64,000 nucleotides of DNA, from positions 172-64,171 of the forward strand of contig VXWI01000113.1 in the NCBI GenBank assembly GCA_009835985.1. Reading direction: 5' to 3'. Positions 1 through 9,000 of this stretch are shown here, piece by piece (position 1 is the stretch's first letter; the number at the start of each line of letters is the position of its first letter). The DNA is from Acidobacteriota bacterium. Lineage in GTDB: Bacteria > Acidobacteriota > Vicinamibacteria > Marinacidobacterales > Marinacidobacteraceae. The translations under genes were made by a program, and so were the position numbers. The notes below the pieces were generated by a model. It did no database searches. It saw nothing but the letters and a program-made list of their open reading frames with translations, and was not told the DNA's origin.

Positions 1-1995
1 GAACCAGTTGCGCAGCAGGAGCTGCACCCGCATGAAGTTCGTCGGCGGGCGGCTGCGGCTGTGCCAACTGTCGGTCAGCCGCACCATGGCCGTCGGGATC
101 TTCCGCATCTTGAGCGCCTTGTAGTACTGCTCCGTCTGCTCCATCGGGGTGCGGAGGTCCTTCTCCCCGGTCATCAACATCGTGGGCGTCGTGACGTTGC
201 CGACGTACATGAGCGTCGAACGGCGCAGATGCTCTTCCGGGTCGTCCCAGGGCAGCTTCTCGAAGTTCCGGTACCAGCTCGCCCCGTCCGTCGTGCCCAC
301 GAAGCTGAACCAGTTCGTCACCGGCGCCTTCGAGACCGCGGCGGTGAAGCGGTCCGTGTTCCCCACGATCCAGGAGGTGAGCACGCCGCCTCCGCTGCCC
401 CCATAGACGAACAGGTTCCGCTCGTCGATGTAGCCGCGCGCGATGACCTCGTCCACGCCGGCCATCAGGTCGTCGAGGTCCCTCCCGGGGTAGGCGTTCT
501 TGATCTCGTTGCCGAAGGAGCTGCCGTAGCCGCTGCTGCCGCGGGGGTTCGTGTAGAGGAGCACGTAGCCGTTCGCCGCGTGGTCCTGGTTCTTGAAGTC
601 GAACCCGCTGTTGTACATGGCGTGCGGTCCACCGTGGATGCGGAGGATCAGCGGGTACTTGCGCGACGGATCGAAGTCGGGCGGTTTCACGATCCAGCCC
701 TGGATGTCGAGCCCGTCGGGAGACTTGTACCAAATCTCCTCGACCTCCCCGAGGGTGACCTCGGCGAGTATCGACGCGTTCGTCACGTGGAGGGTCGCCA
801 CGCTGTCCGGTGAATCCACGTCAAAGGCGACCAGGTTCCCGGGGGTGTGGTACGCGCTGACCACGCCCACCGCGGTGCCGTCGCCGCTCACCGTGGACAC
901 CGAGAGCATGTGGTTTCCGGAGCTGACCGGGCGGACCTCTCCGTCGAGCGGCGCCAGGTAGAGGTTGTTCGTCCCCCGGAGCTGCGCGTTGAAGTAGACG
1001 CCGCTTCCGTCAGCCGCCCAGCCCACGATTCCCGGACGGCGACCCATCTCGGTGGCGATGACCCGCGGGTTCCCCCCGTCGGCGTCCATGACGTAGAGGC
1101 CTTCCTCCCGGTAGGTGTCCGTGGTGTGGTCCATGCCGGTATAGGCGATCAGGCCGCCGTCCGGCGAGGGCACCGGCCCCGAGTCCGGACCGGTGCGGCT
1201 CGTCAGGGTGGTGATCCGGCCGGTGGCCACCTCGACCCGATAGATCTCCGACTCGCGCCAGGCGTGCTCGGCATCCGGAGTCCTCAGGGACGTGAAGACG
1301 ATCCCCGACCCGTCGCCGACAAAACGCGGCCCGTCGTGGTGGTAGTCGCCGCTGGTGAGCTGGCGCGGGGTGCCCCCGTCGGCGCTCACGACGAAGATGT
1401 GCCGGAAGCCCCGCGGGTAGTACCCCACTCCGTCGCGCCGGTAGTTCAGCCGGGTGACGATCCGTGGCGGGCCCGTCCACTCCGCGCCTTCGGGCGCCTT
1501 CGGCATGTCGATCGCCCACGCCGGGTCGGGCCCCGGGTCCACCACTGCACGGAACGCGATGGAGCCGCTGTCGGGAGCCCAGACGATCTGGGAGGGCGGG
1601 CTGTCGAGCCGCGTCACCTGGCTCTCGGCGCCCTCGGCGTCCATCCAGCGCACGAAGATCTGGCCGTCCCGAAGGAACGCGACACGGGTGCCGTCCGGCG
1701 ACCAGCGCGGACTCCCGCCGTCAGTGAGGAAGCGGTTCTTCGAGCCGTCGGCGCCGATGAGCCAGAGTTCCGTCTTCAGACGGTCCTTCATGGCGTCTAC
1801 GAAGCTGCGCTCGTAGACCACGTTGTCACCGTCCGGTGAGATCTGCGGGCTCTGCGCCGTCTCCCAGGAGAGGTAGTCGACGAGCGCGAGCGGGCGCATC
1901 CCCTCCTGGGCGAATGCCGCCGTGGAAACGACGAGCGACAGGGCCACCGCGACGGCCCCACCGCGACACAAACCATTCAAAGTACGAATCCGCAT
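1..1995 (-). CDS. Secreted S9-family serine peptidase (beta-propeller plus prolyl-oligopeptidase/acylaminoacyl-peptidase type catalytic domain); C-terminal end runs off the window
   Basis: Absent from the ORF track because no stop lies in the window. Own translation from reverse-strand ATG 1995-1993 gives MRIRTLNGLCRGGAVAVALSLVVSTAAFAQE (signal peptide). Propeller-type repeats follow (RWSPDGTRVAF, PSPDGGLIAY). The nucleophile elbow is NLFVYGGSGGGVLTSWIVG (about 361-420). The tail is TGEKDLRTPMEQTEQYYKALKMRKIPTAMVRL...LLLRNWF, ending in frame at base 1. Confidence 0.85.
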   Translation of the reverse strand, partial: MRIRTLNGLCRGGAVAVALSLVVSTAAFAQEGMRPLALVDYLSWETAQSPQISPDGDNVVYERSFVDAMKDRLKTELWLIGADGSKNRFLTDGGSPRWSPDGTRVAFLRDGQIFVRWMDAEGAESQVTRLDSPPSQIVWAPDSGSIAFRAVVDPGPDPAWAIDMPKAPEGAEWTGPPRIVTRLNYRRDGVGYYPRGFRHIFVVSADGGTPRQLTSGDYHHDGPRFVGDGSGIVFTSLRTPDAEHAWRESEIYRVEVATGRITTLTSRTGPDSGPVPSPDGGLIAYTGMDHTTDTYREEGLYVMDADGGNPRVIATEMGRRPGIVGWAADGSGVYFNAQLRGTNNLYLAPLDGEVRPVSSGNHMLSVSTVSGDGTAVGVVSAYHTPGNLVAFDVDSPDSVATLHVTNASILAEVTLGEVEEIWYKSPDGLDIQGWIVKPPDFDPSRKYPLILRIHGGPHAMYNSGFDFKNQDHAANGYVLLYTNPRGSSGYGSSFGNEIKNAYPGRDLDDLMAGVDEVIARGYIDERNLFVYGGSGGGVLTSWIVGNTDRFTAAVSKAPVTNWFSFVGTTDGASWYRNFEKLPWDDPEEHLRRSTLMYVGNVTTPTMLMTGEKDLRTPMEQTEQYYKALKMRKIPTAMVRLTDSWHSRSRPPTNFMRVQLLLRNWF

Positions 1996-2200
1996 CCGGA
2001 CACCTCCGCTGCTACGGCGCCGACCGACCGGCGCGTGGGCAGGCGAGTTTACGGGAGTCAGCGCCCCGATGCCGGGTCGCCCCCGGGCTCGCGCCGGCCG
2101 GCTTTCCGAAACCCGGTTTAGTATCGAGAGCGTACGGCGATGCGGCGCGTCGAATCTCCACGCCGGAGTTCGTCCCCGGGGGTCGCCGGAAAAGGAGCCC

Positions 2201-3319
2201 ATGATGCACTGGACAACCGCGGACGGTCCCGTCTCAACAAGACGCACCCTGTCGCTGCCGGCGCTGGTTTTCGCCCTCGCCGCGGCGTTCGGCTGTGCCC
2301 AACCGGCAGTCGAGCCGGCACCGGAAACCGTCTATCCGGGAGCGTCGTGGGAGCGGATCTCGGATCCCGCTTCCGCCGGATTCTCGGCCGAGGCCCTCGA
2401 CGCGATCCACCCGTACGTGGAGGGGATCAACACCACCGCGGTGATGGCCGCGGTGGGCGGGCGCGTCCTCTTCGAGCACGGACCCGTGGATGAGATCAGC
2501 TATCTCGCCTCGGTGCGGAAGAGCATCCTCGCCATGCTCTACGGCCGCTACGTGGAGGACGGGACGATCGATCTCGAGCTCACGGTGGCGGATCTGGGCA
2601 TGGACGATGTCCAGGGACTCCTGCCGATCGAGAAACAGGCGCGGGTGCTGGATCTCGTCACGGCGCGCTCCGGGGTCTATCACCCGGCCTCGAACTCGGG
2701 CGACAACCTCGCGGACGCCCCGCCGCGCGGCTCGCAGGAGCCCGGCACCTACTACCTGTACAGCAACTGGGACTTCAACGCGGCGGGCGCGGTCTTCGAG
2801 CAGCTCACCGAGCGCAACATCTACGACGCGCTCGGAACCGACCTCGCGCTCCCGCTCGGATTCGAGGACTGGCACCGGTGGATCCACCGCAAGTCGGGAG
2901 ACGCGACCAGGTCGCGCAACCTCGCCTACCACATGAACCTCTCGACCCGCGACATGACCCGGATCGGCTACCTGATGCTGCGGGGCGGCATGTGGAGGGA
3001 GGAACGCGTGCTGCCGGATGGATGGGCCGAACGGATCTCGGGCCTGGTCACGCCGTCGGAGGAGATGAACCCGGAAAGCCGGCGGGGAGGCGACTTCGGC
3101 TACGGGTACATGTGGTGGATATGGGACGGCCCGGCGGTGCCGGAGGCGTTCCGCGGCGCCTACACCGGACGCGGAGCCTGGGGCCAGTACATCACCGTCA
3201 TTCCGTCGCTCGACATGGTCGTCGCGCACAAGACCGTGCCCGAGGTCGCCACGCCGTGGGACGACTACATGGGGATCCTCGACCGGCTGGTCGCCGCTCA
3301 TTGCGGCCCCGACTGCTGA
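2201..3319 (+). CDS. Serine hydrolase, beta-lactamase/transpeptidase-like family, secreted
   Basis: Frame of track ORF 1922-3319. AAGGAG lies 5 nt before ATG 2201. Signal-like N-terminus is TLSLPALVFALAAAFGCAQP. S-x-x-K motif is SVRKSILAMLYG. The YLYSNWDFN block is typical of class-C-like beta-lactamase-fold hydrolases. Confidence 0.8.
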   Translation: MMHWTTADGPVSTRRTLSLPALVFALAAAFGCAQPAVEPAPETVYPGASWERISDPASAGFSAEALDAIHPYVEGINTTAVMAAVGGRVLFEHGPVDEISYLASVRKSILAMLYGRYVEDGTIDLELTVADLGMDDVQGLLPIEKQARVLDLVTARSGVYHPASNSGDNLADAPPRGSQEPGTYYLYSNWDFNAAGAVFEQLTERNIYDALGTDLALPLGFEDWHRWIHRKSGDATRSRNLAYHMNLSTRDMTRIGYLMLRGGMWREERVLPDGWAERISGLVTPSEEMNPESRRGGDFGYGYMWWIWDGPAVPEAFRGAYTGRGAWGQYITVIPSLDMVVAHKTVPEVATPWDDYMGILDRLVAAHCGPDC

Positions 3320-3346
3320 CGGCAGCGCAGGCCATGACGGCCGCGG

Positions 3347-4516
3347 TCACCACGTCTGGGCCTCGTCCGAATAGAGCTTGAGCGGCAACCGGTACGAGAT
3401 CCCGGTGTCTTCCAGGGTCGCGTGCTCGACCAGTTCGGCGAAGCGGTTGGCGCGGGTCAGGTAGGTCCGGCCCGCCAGCCGGTCGAACAGCCCGCTGATG
3501 CGGCGCTGGAGACGCATCGCGAAGAGCATCCCCGCGGTGTGCTGACGCGGGAACTTCAGCTTGTCGGCGAGTTCATGACCGATGAGGGCCCGCGAGACCC
3601 GCAAACCGTAATTCGCCAGGGCCGCGCGTTCGCCCGGTTCGGAAAGCCCAATCACGACCGGCGCCACATTGAGCAGCGAGTTGGCCATGACAATCGCGGA
3701 CTCGCCCGGCTCCGGTTCGCAGGCGCCGCCGATCCGGCACATCTCGAGGGCGCCGGCTTCATCGCGAAACAGGATGGCGTCCGGCACCCCGAGCAGGACC
3801 GCGGTGTACCGCCAGATGTGCATGTATCCGGCGCGTCCCTCCGGAGTCAGCCTGGCTCCCAGACGCTCCACGTCGTCGAGAAGCATTGCCGAGAAGACAC
3901 CGGAGGCGAGAGCCAGGTGGGCACTGCTCAGCGGTACGCCGTACACCGACTCGTCCCACTCGCCCGATTCCCGAATCAGCCGCCGCACCTGCGCGTGCAC
4001 GAAGCGGATCCGGACGGTGTACTTCCAGCCGTCCGCCTCTCGCTCGAGGCCGCCCGGAAAGGTGACTTCGACGAGCTGCCGGATGTTGTGTTTCAACCTC
4101 CGGACCGCGTGATCGATCAACCGGCCGGTGGTGAAGAACGACAGGCTGATCAACGTCGAAAACCCCCGAACGAGCCCTCCGGCGAGGAGGCCCAGAACGA
4201 AAAGATCGGGGTCGGCCTGGAATGCCGCACAGCCCGCGTTCATCGCACTCCGATCAAGCCACGGAGGGGGCGCCGCAGTCCGCTCGAAGAACTCCCTCAG
4301 AGCGTCGGGCGCCGCGGCGAGCCCGCCATCGTCCTGTTCCATCCCGGCATCCAGCAGTCGATGGATCGCGGCATCGCCGTGACCCGCGAGGGAAGCGACG
4401 GCGGCGTCGGCCAACGGGTCACCCATGGTGGCGTGCCGCACGTACCGATGGGCAAGCTTCGGATTCATTCTTGCCGCCCGTTCGAGGCCCGGGTGGTAGG
4501 CAGTGGGAACGCGCAT
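3347..4516 (-). CDS. DUF2236 / MpaB-family (rubber-oxygenase-like) putative haem oxygenase
   Basis: 389-aa track ORF. Recognised by overall resemblance to DUF2236 proteins (RIRFVHAQVRRLI block, helical composition). An alternative start is MNPKLAH at 4468. Confidence 0.65.
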   Translation of the reverse strand: MRVPTAYHPGLERAARMNPKLAHRYVRHATMGDPLADAAVASLAGHGDAAIHRLLDAGMEQDDGGLAAAPDALREFFERTAAPPPWLDRSAMNAGCAAFQADPDLFVLGLLAGGLVRGFSTLISLSFFTTGRLIDHAVRRLKHNIRQLVEVTFPGGLEREADGWKYTVRIRFVHAQVRRLIRESGEWDESVYGVPLSSAHLALASGVFSAMLLDDVERLGARLTPEGRAGYMHIWRYTAVLLGVPDAILFRDEAGALEMCRIGGACEPEPGESAIVMANSLLNVAPVVIGLSEPGERAALANYGLRVSRALIGHELADKLKFPRQHTAGMLFAMRLQRRISGLFDRLAGRTYLTRANRFAELVEHATLEDTGISYRLPLKLYSDEAQTW

Positions 4517-4520
4517 TGGG

Positions 4521-4572
4521 TTGTCAAATGTGACACTCCGAGTATATCTCCGTGAATTGCAGGAGTGTTACA
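4521..4572. promoter_or_regulatory. AT-rich promoter-like island flanked by an 11-bp inverted repeat
   Basis: TGTGACACTCC (4529-4539) and GGAGTGTTACA (4562-4572) are reverse complements with 1 mismatch and a 22-nt spacer. The plus strand reads TTGTCA (4521-4526)-16 nt-TATATC (4543-4548). The minus strand reads TATACT (complement of 4541-4546) about 25 nt upstream of the DUF2236 ATG. Confidence 0.3.
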
Positions 4573-4709
4573 GCCACCAATCGGGCTCGGCAGCCCCTAT
4601 GAGCCTCCGGAGGCGCCGGACCTCCGTCCGGCCGCCGGCGCCGAGTCAGCGGAACGCTGCGTGGAGCGGTTGCTGGTTTCCCGGAATGACGGAACCGGGC
4701 GAACCCGCC

Positions 4710-5987
4710 TCAGGTCACCGGATTCCGGCGGCGGAAGCGGGGTTGTTCGTACTCCCCACTCGCCAGGACCTCGCGCAGCGCTTCGACGGCGTCCCAGACG
4801 TCCGCATACCGCACGTAGAGCGGGGCGAACCCGAAGCGGAGGAGATCCGGTTCCCGGAAATCCCCCACGACGCCCCGGGCGATGAGGCCCTGCATGACCG
4901 GGTAGCCGTCGGGATGCCGGAGCGACACCTGGCTTCCCCGCTCGCGCGCGTGCCGCGGGCTCGCCGCTTCCACCCCAAACTCTCCGAGACGTTCGCCGGT
5001 GAGGCGGAGCAAGAGATCCCCAAGGGCCTCGCTCTTCGCCTGGAGCGCCGCCAGATCAACGCCCTCGAAGGTCCGGAGCCCCTCTTCGAGCGCGACCATG
5101 GACAGGACTCCCGGAGTCCCGCTCAGGAACCGCCGCATCCCGGCCGCCGGCCGGTAGCGCGTCTCGAACTCGAACGGGCTGCGGTGCCCCATCCACCCGG
5201 ACAGCGGCGTGTCGAGGGACTGCTGGAGATGCCGGGCCACGTAGAGAAAACCGGGCGCCCCGGGACCGCCGTTCAGATACTTGTAGCCGCAGCCGACCGC
5301 GAACTCGACCCCGTCCTCGTTCAGGTGCAGCGGGAAGGCCCCGGCGCTGTGGCTCAGGTCCCAGACGATGGGAATCCCCGCGTCCCGCGCGACCGCGGTC
5401 AGCCGGCGAAGATCGTGCTTCCGGCCAGTCCGGAAGTCCACCTGGGTCAGCGTTGCGACCGCCACCTCGGGTCCGAGCGCGGACTCGAAATCGTCCGGCG
5501 GCACGACACGAAGTTCGGCGCCGCTCTCCCGGAGCAGATCCACGAGTCCCTCGGCCATGTAGAGATCGGTGGGGAAGTTCGTGTCTTCGGCCAGCACCAA
5601 CCGCCGCGAGCCGGGACGCCGCAGGAGGGCGGCGAGCAGCTTGAAGAGATTGAGGGACACCGAGTCGGCGGCGATCACCTCGTCCTCCGCTGCGCCGAGC
5701 AGCGGCGCGATCCGCGCCCCCACCCGCTCGGGCAGCCGGAACCAGCCGTGGAGGTTCCAGGAGGCGACGAGGTCGCGGCCCCACTCGTCGGCGAGCAGCG
5801 ACCCGATCCGCGTCCGCATTCCCGCGGACGCTGGTCCGAGCGAGTTCCCGTCGAGGTAGATCACGCCCTCGGGGAGCTCGAACCGGTCGCGGAACGAGGC
5901 CAGCGGATCGTTCCGGTCCCGCTCGAGAACGTCCTCACGGCGAAGCGGTCCGGCCACGCTCGCTGCCGCCGGCCGGTCTCCGTGCAT
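4710..5987 (-). CDS. kynU: Kynureninase
   Basis: Track ORF 4710-6146, trimmed to ATG 5987 (MHGDRPAAAS...). Motifs: VIYLDGNSLGP, EDTNFPTDLYMAEG, WDLSHSAGA, CGYKYLNGGPGAPGFLYV. About 425 aa, the usual kynureninase size. Confidence 0.9.
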   Translation of the reverse strand: MHGDRPAAASVAGPLRREDVLERDRNDPLASFRDRFELPEGVIYLDGNSLGPASAGMRTRIGSLLADEWGRDLVASWNLHGWFRLPERVGARIAPLLGAAEDEVIAADSVSLNLFKLLAALLRRPGSRRLVLAEDTNFPTDLYMAEGLVDLLRESGAELRVVPPDDFESALGPEVAVATLTQVDFRTGRKHDLRRLTAVARDAGIPIVWDLSHSAGAFPLHLNEDGVEFAVGCGYKYLNGGPGAPGFLYVARHLQQSLDTPLSGWMGHRSPFEFETRYRPAAGMRRFLSGTPGVLSMVALEEGLRTFEGVDLAALQAKSEALGDLLLRLTGERLGEFGVEAASPRHARERGSQVSLRHPDGYPVMQGLIARGVVGDFREPDLLRFGFAPLYVRYADVWDAVEALREVLASGEYEQPRFRRRNPVT

Positions 5988-6061
5988 GCGAGGGATTATT
6001 CCGTTTGGCGCCCCTCCCGCACTACATTGCTCCTTCCAGCACTTGCAGTGCCCAGACCCCG

Positions 6062-9000
6062 GTGAGCTTTCCCCTTTCCCGCTTCGACCCCGCCGTCGCC
6101 GGCTGGTTCCGGGAGCGTTTCGAGGCGCCCACCGAACCCCAGGCAAGTGGCTGGCCCGCCATCGCCGGCGGTGAGGACGTGCTGATCACGGCTCCCACCG
6201 GATCGGGGAAGACGCTCGCGGCGTTCCTGTTTGCCGTGGACCGGCTGATCCGGGAAGCGCGGCAAGGCCCGCTTCCCGATGAGACGCGGGTCGTCTACGT
6301 TTCGCCGCTGAAGGCGCTCAGCGCGGACATCCGCCGAAACCTCAAGGTCCCGCTGACCGAAATCGCCGCCCGCGCCATGGGCGACGCCGACTCCTTCCCC
6401 GCCGTTCGCGCCGAACTGCGCACCGGCGACACCCCGGCCGCGGACCGGGCCCGGATGACCCGGAAGCCGCCCCACATCCTGGTCACCACCCCGGAATCGC
6501 TCTACCTGCTGCTCACCGCCGGCCGCGGTCGCGAGCTCCTCCGCACCGCGGACACCGTGATCGTCGACGAGATCCACGCGCTCGCGCGCGACAAGCGGGG
6601 CAGCCACCTGGCGCTCTCTCTCGAGCGCCTCGACCGGCTCGCCGGCCGGCCGCTCCAGCGCATCGGGCTGTCAGCCACGGTGCGGCCGCTGCCCGACGTC
6701 GCCCGCTTCCTCAGTCCGCGGACCCCGGAGGGGCCGGTGGTGGTTCCCGTCGGGCACCGGCGGGAGATGGACCTGGCGGTGGAGGTCCCGGATTCCGAGT
6801 TCGGGGCGGTGGCGACCCACGAGATCATGGAAGACATCCGGGACCGGATCGCCGCACTCATCGAAGCGCACGACACCACCCTCGTCTTCGTCAACACCCG
6901 GCGCATGGCGGAGCGGCTGACCCACGTGCTGGGGGAGCGCCTGCCGGAAGATGCGGTGCTGGCGCATCACGGGAGCCTCGCAAGGGAGGTCCGGCTGGAG
7001 GCCGAGCGGCGGCTCCAGGAAGGCGACGTCCGGGCCATTGTCGCCACCGCGTCGCTCGAACTGGGGATCGACATCGGCTCGGTGGACCTGGTGTGCCAGC
7101 TCGGCTCGCCGCGTTCCATCGCGGTCGCGCTCCAGCGGGTGGGCCGCTCCGGCCACTGGCTCGGCGCCATCCCCAAGGGACGCTTCTTTCCGACGACCCG
7201 CGACGAGCTCGTCGAGTGCGCGGCGCTGATGGCCGCGGTGAACGCCGGCGATCTCGACCGGATCCGCATCCCCGAAGCGCCTCTCGACATCCTGGCGCAA
7301 CAACTCGTCGCCGAGGCCGGCGCGACTCCGGAAGAACGGCATGACCTCGACGACCTGTTCGGTTTCGCTCGCCGCGCCGATCCCTACCGGAACCTCGGCC
7401 GCGCCGCCTTCGACGCGGTGATCGGCGTGCTCTCCGACGGCGTGGCGACCGGGCGGGGACGCCGCGGCGCCTTCCTGCACCGGGACGCCGTTTCCGGCAC
7501 GGTGCGAGCCCGCCGGAACGCGCGGCTCGCGGCCATTCAGAACGGCGGCGCGATTCCGGAGACGGCGCAGTACCAAGTGGTCGCCGAACCCGATGAACGG
7601 GTGGTGGGCCAGCTCGACGAGGACTTCGCCATCGAGAGCTACGCGGGCGACGTGTTCCTGCTGGGCACGACCTCCTGGCGGATCCGGCGCATCACCCAGG
7701 GACAGGTGCGGGTCGAAGACGCCGAGGGCGCGGCGCCCACGATCCCCTTCTGGCGGGGGGAGGCGCCGGGGCGCACCGCGGAGTTGAGCGTCAGGGTGGC
7801 GGAGCTCCGCGAAGCGGTGGACCGGGATCCGGCCGAGGCGCGGATCGGGTTGCAGCGCGATTCGCGCCTCGACCAGGCCGGTACGGACCAGGTGCTCCGC
7901 TACCTCGCCGCCGGCAGGGCCGCGCTCGGCGCCATGCCGAGCCAGCGGACGGTGGTCGCCGAGCGGTTCTTCGACGACTCCGGCGGCATGCAGCTCGTCA
8001 TCCACGCTCCGTTCGGCAGCCGGATCAACCGGGCGTGGGGGCTCGCGCTGCGCAAGCGCTTCTGCCGCTCGTTCAACCTCGAACTCCAGGCGGCGGCGAC
8101 CGACGACGGCATCGTCATCTCGCTCACCGACCTGCACTCCTTCCCGCTCGAATCGGTCTTCTCCTTCCTGAATCCCGAGAACCTGGAGCACGTGCTCACC
8201 CAGGCGGTCCTCGGGGTTCCGCTCTTCGGGGCCCGCTGGCGCTGGACCGCCTCACGGGCGCTGGCCGTGCCCCGCCGCCGGCACGGCCAGCGCGTCCCCC
8301 CTCCGATCCAGCGGATGCTCACCGACGACCTGCTCGCCGCGGTGTTCCCGGACCAGGCCGCCTGCGCCGAGAACCTCGCCGGCGAAGTCCGGATCCCCAA
8401 GCACCCGCTGGTGGACGAGGCGATCCGCGACTCCCTCCACGAGGCGCTGGACAGCGACGGCCTCCGTGCCCTTATCGAAGGCATCCGCGACGGGAGGGTG
8501 CGCACGGTGGCCGTGGACACCCCCGAGGCCTCTCCCTTCGCGGCCGAGATCCTGAACGCCAACCCCTTCGCTTTCCTCGACCCGGCGCCGCTCGAAGAGC
8601 GCCGCTCGCGCGCCGTGCGGATGCGGCGGTCGCTCCCGCCCGAGCTGGACACCGAGGCCGTCCTCGACCCCGAGGCGATCGCGCAGGCTGCCGCGGAAGC
8701 GACGCCGCTGGTTCGCGACGCGGACGAACTCCACGACGCGCTCCTCACGCTCGGAGTGGCCCGGGAGACACCGGAGTGGCGTGGGTTCTTCGAGGAACTC
8801 GAGGCCGGCAACCGCGCCGTCGCGATTGTCGCGGGAGACGCGCCGTTCTGGCTGGCCGCCGAGCGGCTGGCAGTTGTTCGTTCCGTCTGGCCCGAGGTTT
8901 CGCTCCCGCCCGGGATTCCGGTTCCGGGGCCCGGCGACGCGCCGGACACCCGGGCGGAAGCGGTGGCCGCCATTCTGCGGGGGGTGATGGATTGCTCCGG

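Noticed and set aside
4503-6065. 520-aa plus-strand ORF overlapping kynU
   Set aside because: It is antisense to a gene with unmistakable kynureninase motifs. The product is rich in Arg/Pro/Gly/Glu and has no family resemblance.
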